From the NCBI GenBank assembly GCA_973895155.1, contig OZ316895.1:16968170-17032169 (forward strand): 64,000 bases of DNA. The letters are read 5' to 3'. The notes under the pieces were generated by a model. The model worked only from the letters and a program-made list of their open reading frames with translations. It had not been told where the DNA came from and ran no database searches. How positions within the stretch are numbered: position 1 is the first letter of the stretch; each line of letters opens with the position of its first letter. This document shows positions 61,321 to 64,000 of the stretch, piece after piece. This DNA comes from Marsupella aquatica. Taxonomy: Eukaryota; Plantae; Marchantiophyta. The position numbers and the translations under genes were made by a program.

Positions 61321-64000
61321 CACTAGTACATTTTTGGGGGTTTTCCAATACTCATTTTGAGCCAAATGTGATCCGTCCGATGCTTTCAGCTTCGGACATT
61401 TTCCGAAGCATCCCGCATCGAAAGTTCCAATACAATAACCTTCGGACCTTTATTTCCCGATCCAAAATCCATCGCATACGTTATCCCATATGATATGTAT
61501 CGGATATGGTCTGAAAATAAATACATCAGACATTTGTTTGTCATGTCTCAATATTTGTTTCGAACCTTCATGCATCAAAACATCATTGCGTCTCGGATTG
61601 TATCGGACTAGGACCGATACAGTCTACATCAGACAATTGTGTCCGTTGGTTTTTGTAACGCTTAATGGAACCGTAAGTATGGGCATCGGAAAATGTTTGT
61701 TGCTTATAGTATCGGATACCTAATCGTCAAAGGAGGATTTCCGATGCATATCCGATGGTTTTGTCATGGGATAGCCAATGGGACATAAGTTTTCTAGGGG
61801 TTCTTAGCTATAGAAAGGGTATTCATTAGAGGATTAATTAGCGACATTTATATTATAACCAATAGATTTTGGGCATGCACTCACATACTATAACAATTAT
61901 GAAATAAGTATAGAATGCTACTGCTTTTTATATTGCCGAGTAAAAAAAGAACTTGAAGGTACATGGTGGTTGGGGGCCTAACTACATACAAAATATGTTG
62001 CCTAGGTAGCTAGCTCGTGGAGGGGATGTTGTCACCTTCCACTACAACTACGTTGGGCCTCTCTTGGACTATGGACCGTGATCGAGGAATATAAGGCATG
62101 ACAATGGACCATTCTGGGTCATCTGGATAGGGTAGGTAAAAGCATTGCTCAAGGTGATGTGGGAAGGCAAAGGGATCTGAGGACCTCCAATTGGAACTGA
62201 TGACACTATTTGCGGAAGTCTTCAAACGAGTAAAACTGCATGGATCCTCTTCACATGTACGATTGTTGCCTACAAGATTCATCTTGAACCATTTGCACTT
62301 AAATACCACCTTCTCCAAAGTAGTATGTGCATGGTACTTCACTGTTAGGATCTCATCAATCTTCCCATAATGGGCCACCGTGGAGCGGATGGGATTCATG
62401 TCTGACGTGCTACTTTGGGAATCCTGGGTGAACCAACCCATCACCCCACAATCTTGAGTAGCTGCCTTCTTCTCATCCAATCGTTCCACACAAAATGTCT
62501 CCCCTTTGACCACATTGCTGTCCAAGTCATGACTTTAAGTAGTAGACCATGAACCAAGGTACGAAGCTTATCTGTCACCTGCGGGTAGTGTAATATACTC
62601 TCTCCTATACCCACCAAGGCATCCACTTCTAACAACTTTGACTTCATGTATGGGTGAAACTTGGGAAACAACCGTGGTCATTGACTGTTTTGTTTCTCCT
62701 CCTCATAAAATGTTGTCCACTCCCCTACAACCTCTGGTGAGTTGTACAACATAAATGTTGTAAGCTGCAAACGCTTTGTCGAGCCAAGGAGGCACTCTCC
62801 TGTTGCCCCAATGAGTCTATCATCCTCATAGTCCGCCTCTCGTGCCGCCTCATCTATCCATCCTCTAGGAGCCTTTGGATCTAGTGTGGCAACTATGTTT
62901 GTACAATAAAACATACTCTCTGCTCCAGGATGACGCTCTGCAATGCTGCCTTCCACCCTAGCCCGATTAGAGACATATGACTTCATCACCCCCATGTAAC
63001 GCTCTACCCAATACATCCATCAACAATGTACTGGGCCTGCAATTGCAACCTCGTGCACTAAATGTACAAGGAAATGAACCTGGCCATCAAAGAATGAGGG
63101 GGGAAGTGCCTTCTCCAACTTGCAAACAACCTCTACTCCAAATAGCTCCATCGCGGCAATGTCATCCTGCGGTACCTCCTTCTGACATATCCATCTCAAA
63201 AGCTTGCCCAATGACCAAAGAGCATCACAAAGTTCCTCACTACCCAATCCAATAATCGCAACTAGAATGACATGTTCTAATAACCGATGGAAATCATGTG
63301 TTTTCAAAAAAGATGGCCATTTTGGAGAATCTTCCCCCCAAATGCCTTACGAAGATTGGCACCATAACTTGTGGGAAATCTCATTGACCCAATACGTCTG
63401 CGAAACTCAATGCACTCTGCCCTAGTCAAAACCCAAGGAGGATGGATGCTAGGGGGGTCACCAGGGGGGTCCAAAGATGGCCAAAAACCAAGAAGACCAT
63501 GCATCCCCATCTCCTCACAACTTTCTCTCCAATTGTAGTTCTTCTCCCCATATAGATGACGAATCAATGATCTTCCCACATTCCCCTCGATGTGCATGGG
63601 ATCTAACAAGTGATTAATGGGCATCTCTGACCAATATGGCAACTCTGACAATGCAGATAAACGGGTCATGCCACATCGGAGAAATTGTAATGGATCATCT
63701 GGGTCTTGAACTCTCTCCCATACCTCTCTCCAATATGCTGGATCCTTTGGCTGAGGTTGAGGACGGGTATCAGGTTGGCCCTCATCATTGTCATACAAGA
63801 AATGATCACTCCTCCAAGGATGATTTGCTGGAAGATATTTCGTATGACCAATGTAAACTATCTTATGCAAGGTAGTTGACTTGGGTCTTGCCACACCGCC
63901 CAAATCTGGTCCACACAAAGGGCAAGCTCAATAGCCTGATGTTTGCAATCCAGAGACATACCCAAAGCCTTTCCCCAATCCATGCATAGACAAACAACCA
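61321..64000 (-). mobile_element. Second CACTA transposon (different family), extends beyond the window
   Basis: Terminus CACTAGTACA at 61321, followed by TCCGA/TCGGA subterminal repeats (about 61370-61760) and a minus-strand TnpD. Confidence 0.8.
62010..64000 (-). pseudogene. Decayed CACTA TnpD transposase (C-terminal part)
   Basis: LLDPMHIEGN, KTHDFHRLL, LEKALPPSFFDGQVHFLVHL, GPVHC*WMYWVER and DPFAFPHHLEQCFY, split by several stops and frameshifts. Confidence 0.88.

Overview
Eukaryotic land-plant DNA; the intron-rich gene, long intron-containing 5' UTR and TE repertoire suggest a bryophyte or liverwort (inference). It holds one host gene, a CLMP1/PHOX-type TPR-PB1-TPR co-chaperone (minus strand, CDS 5611-10986). 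A cluster of large DNA transposons follows, and their ends can be read directly from the sequence. (1) A 20.5-kb Mutator-like element (17581-38129; 330-bp TIRs, 9-bp TSD) has a decayed transposase resembling the Arabidopsis At4g13970/At1g60560 SWIM-finger family. (2) An 11.8-kb Sola2-like element (17908-29725; GGCC termini, GTAC TSD) is nested in the MULE left TIR and carries a transposase, a PMD-like/coiled-coil/RING gene and an RPA1-C-like OB-fold gene. (3) An 18.5-kb CACTA (40228-58683; ATA TSD) has an apparently intact TnpD, a TnpA, long tandem arrays and a captured EDM2-like triple-PHD gene. (4) A second, decayed CACTA starts at 61321. The most notable signals are the chromatin- and DNA-related accessory cargo: an EDM2-like PHD reader, and the same OB-fold/Zn-ribbon family carried by two unrelated transposon superfamilies. 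Family assignments come from motif recall, not from database searches.
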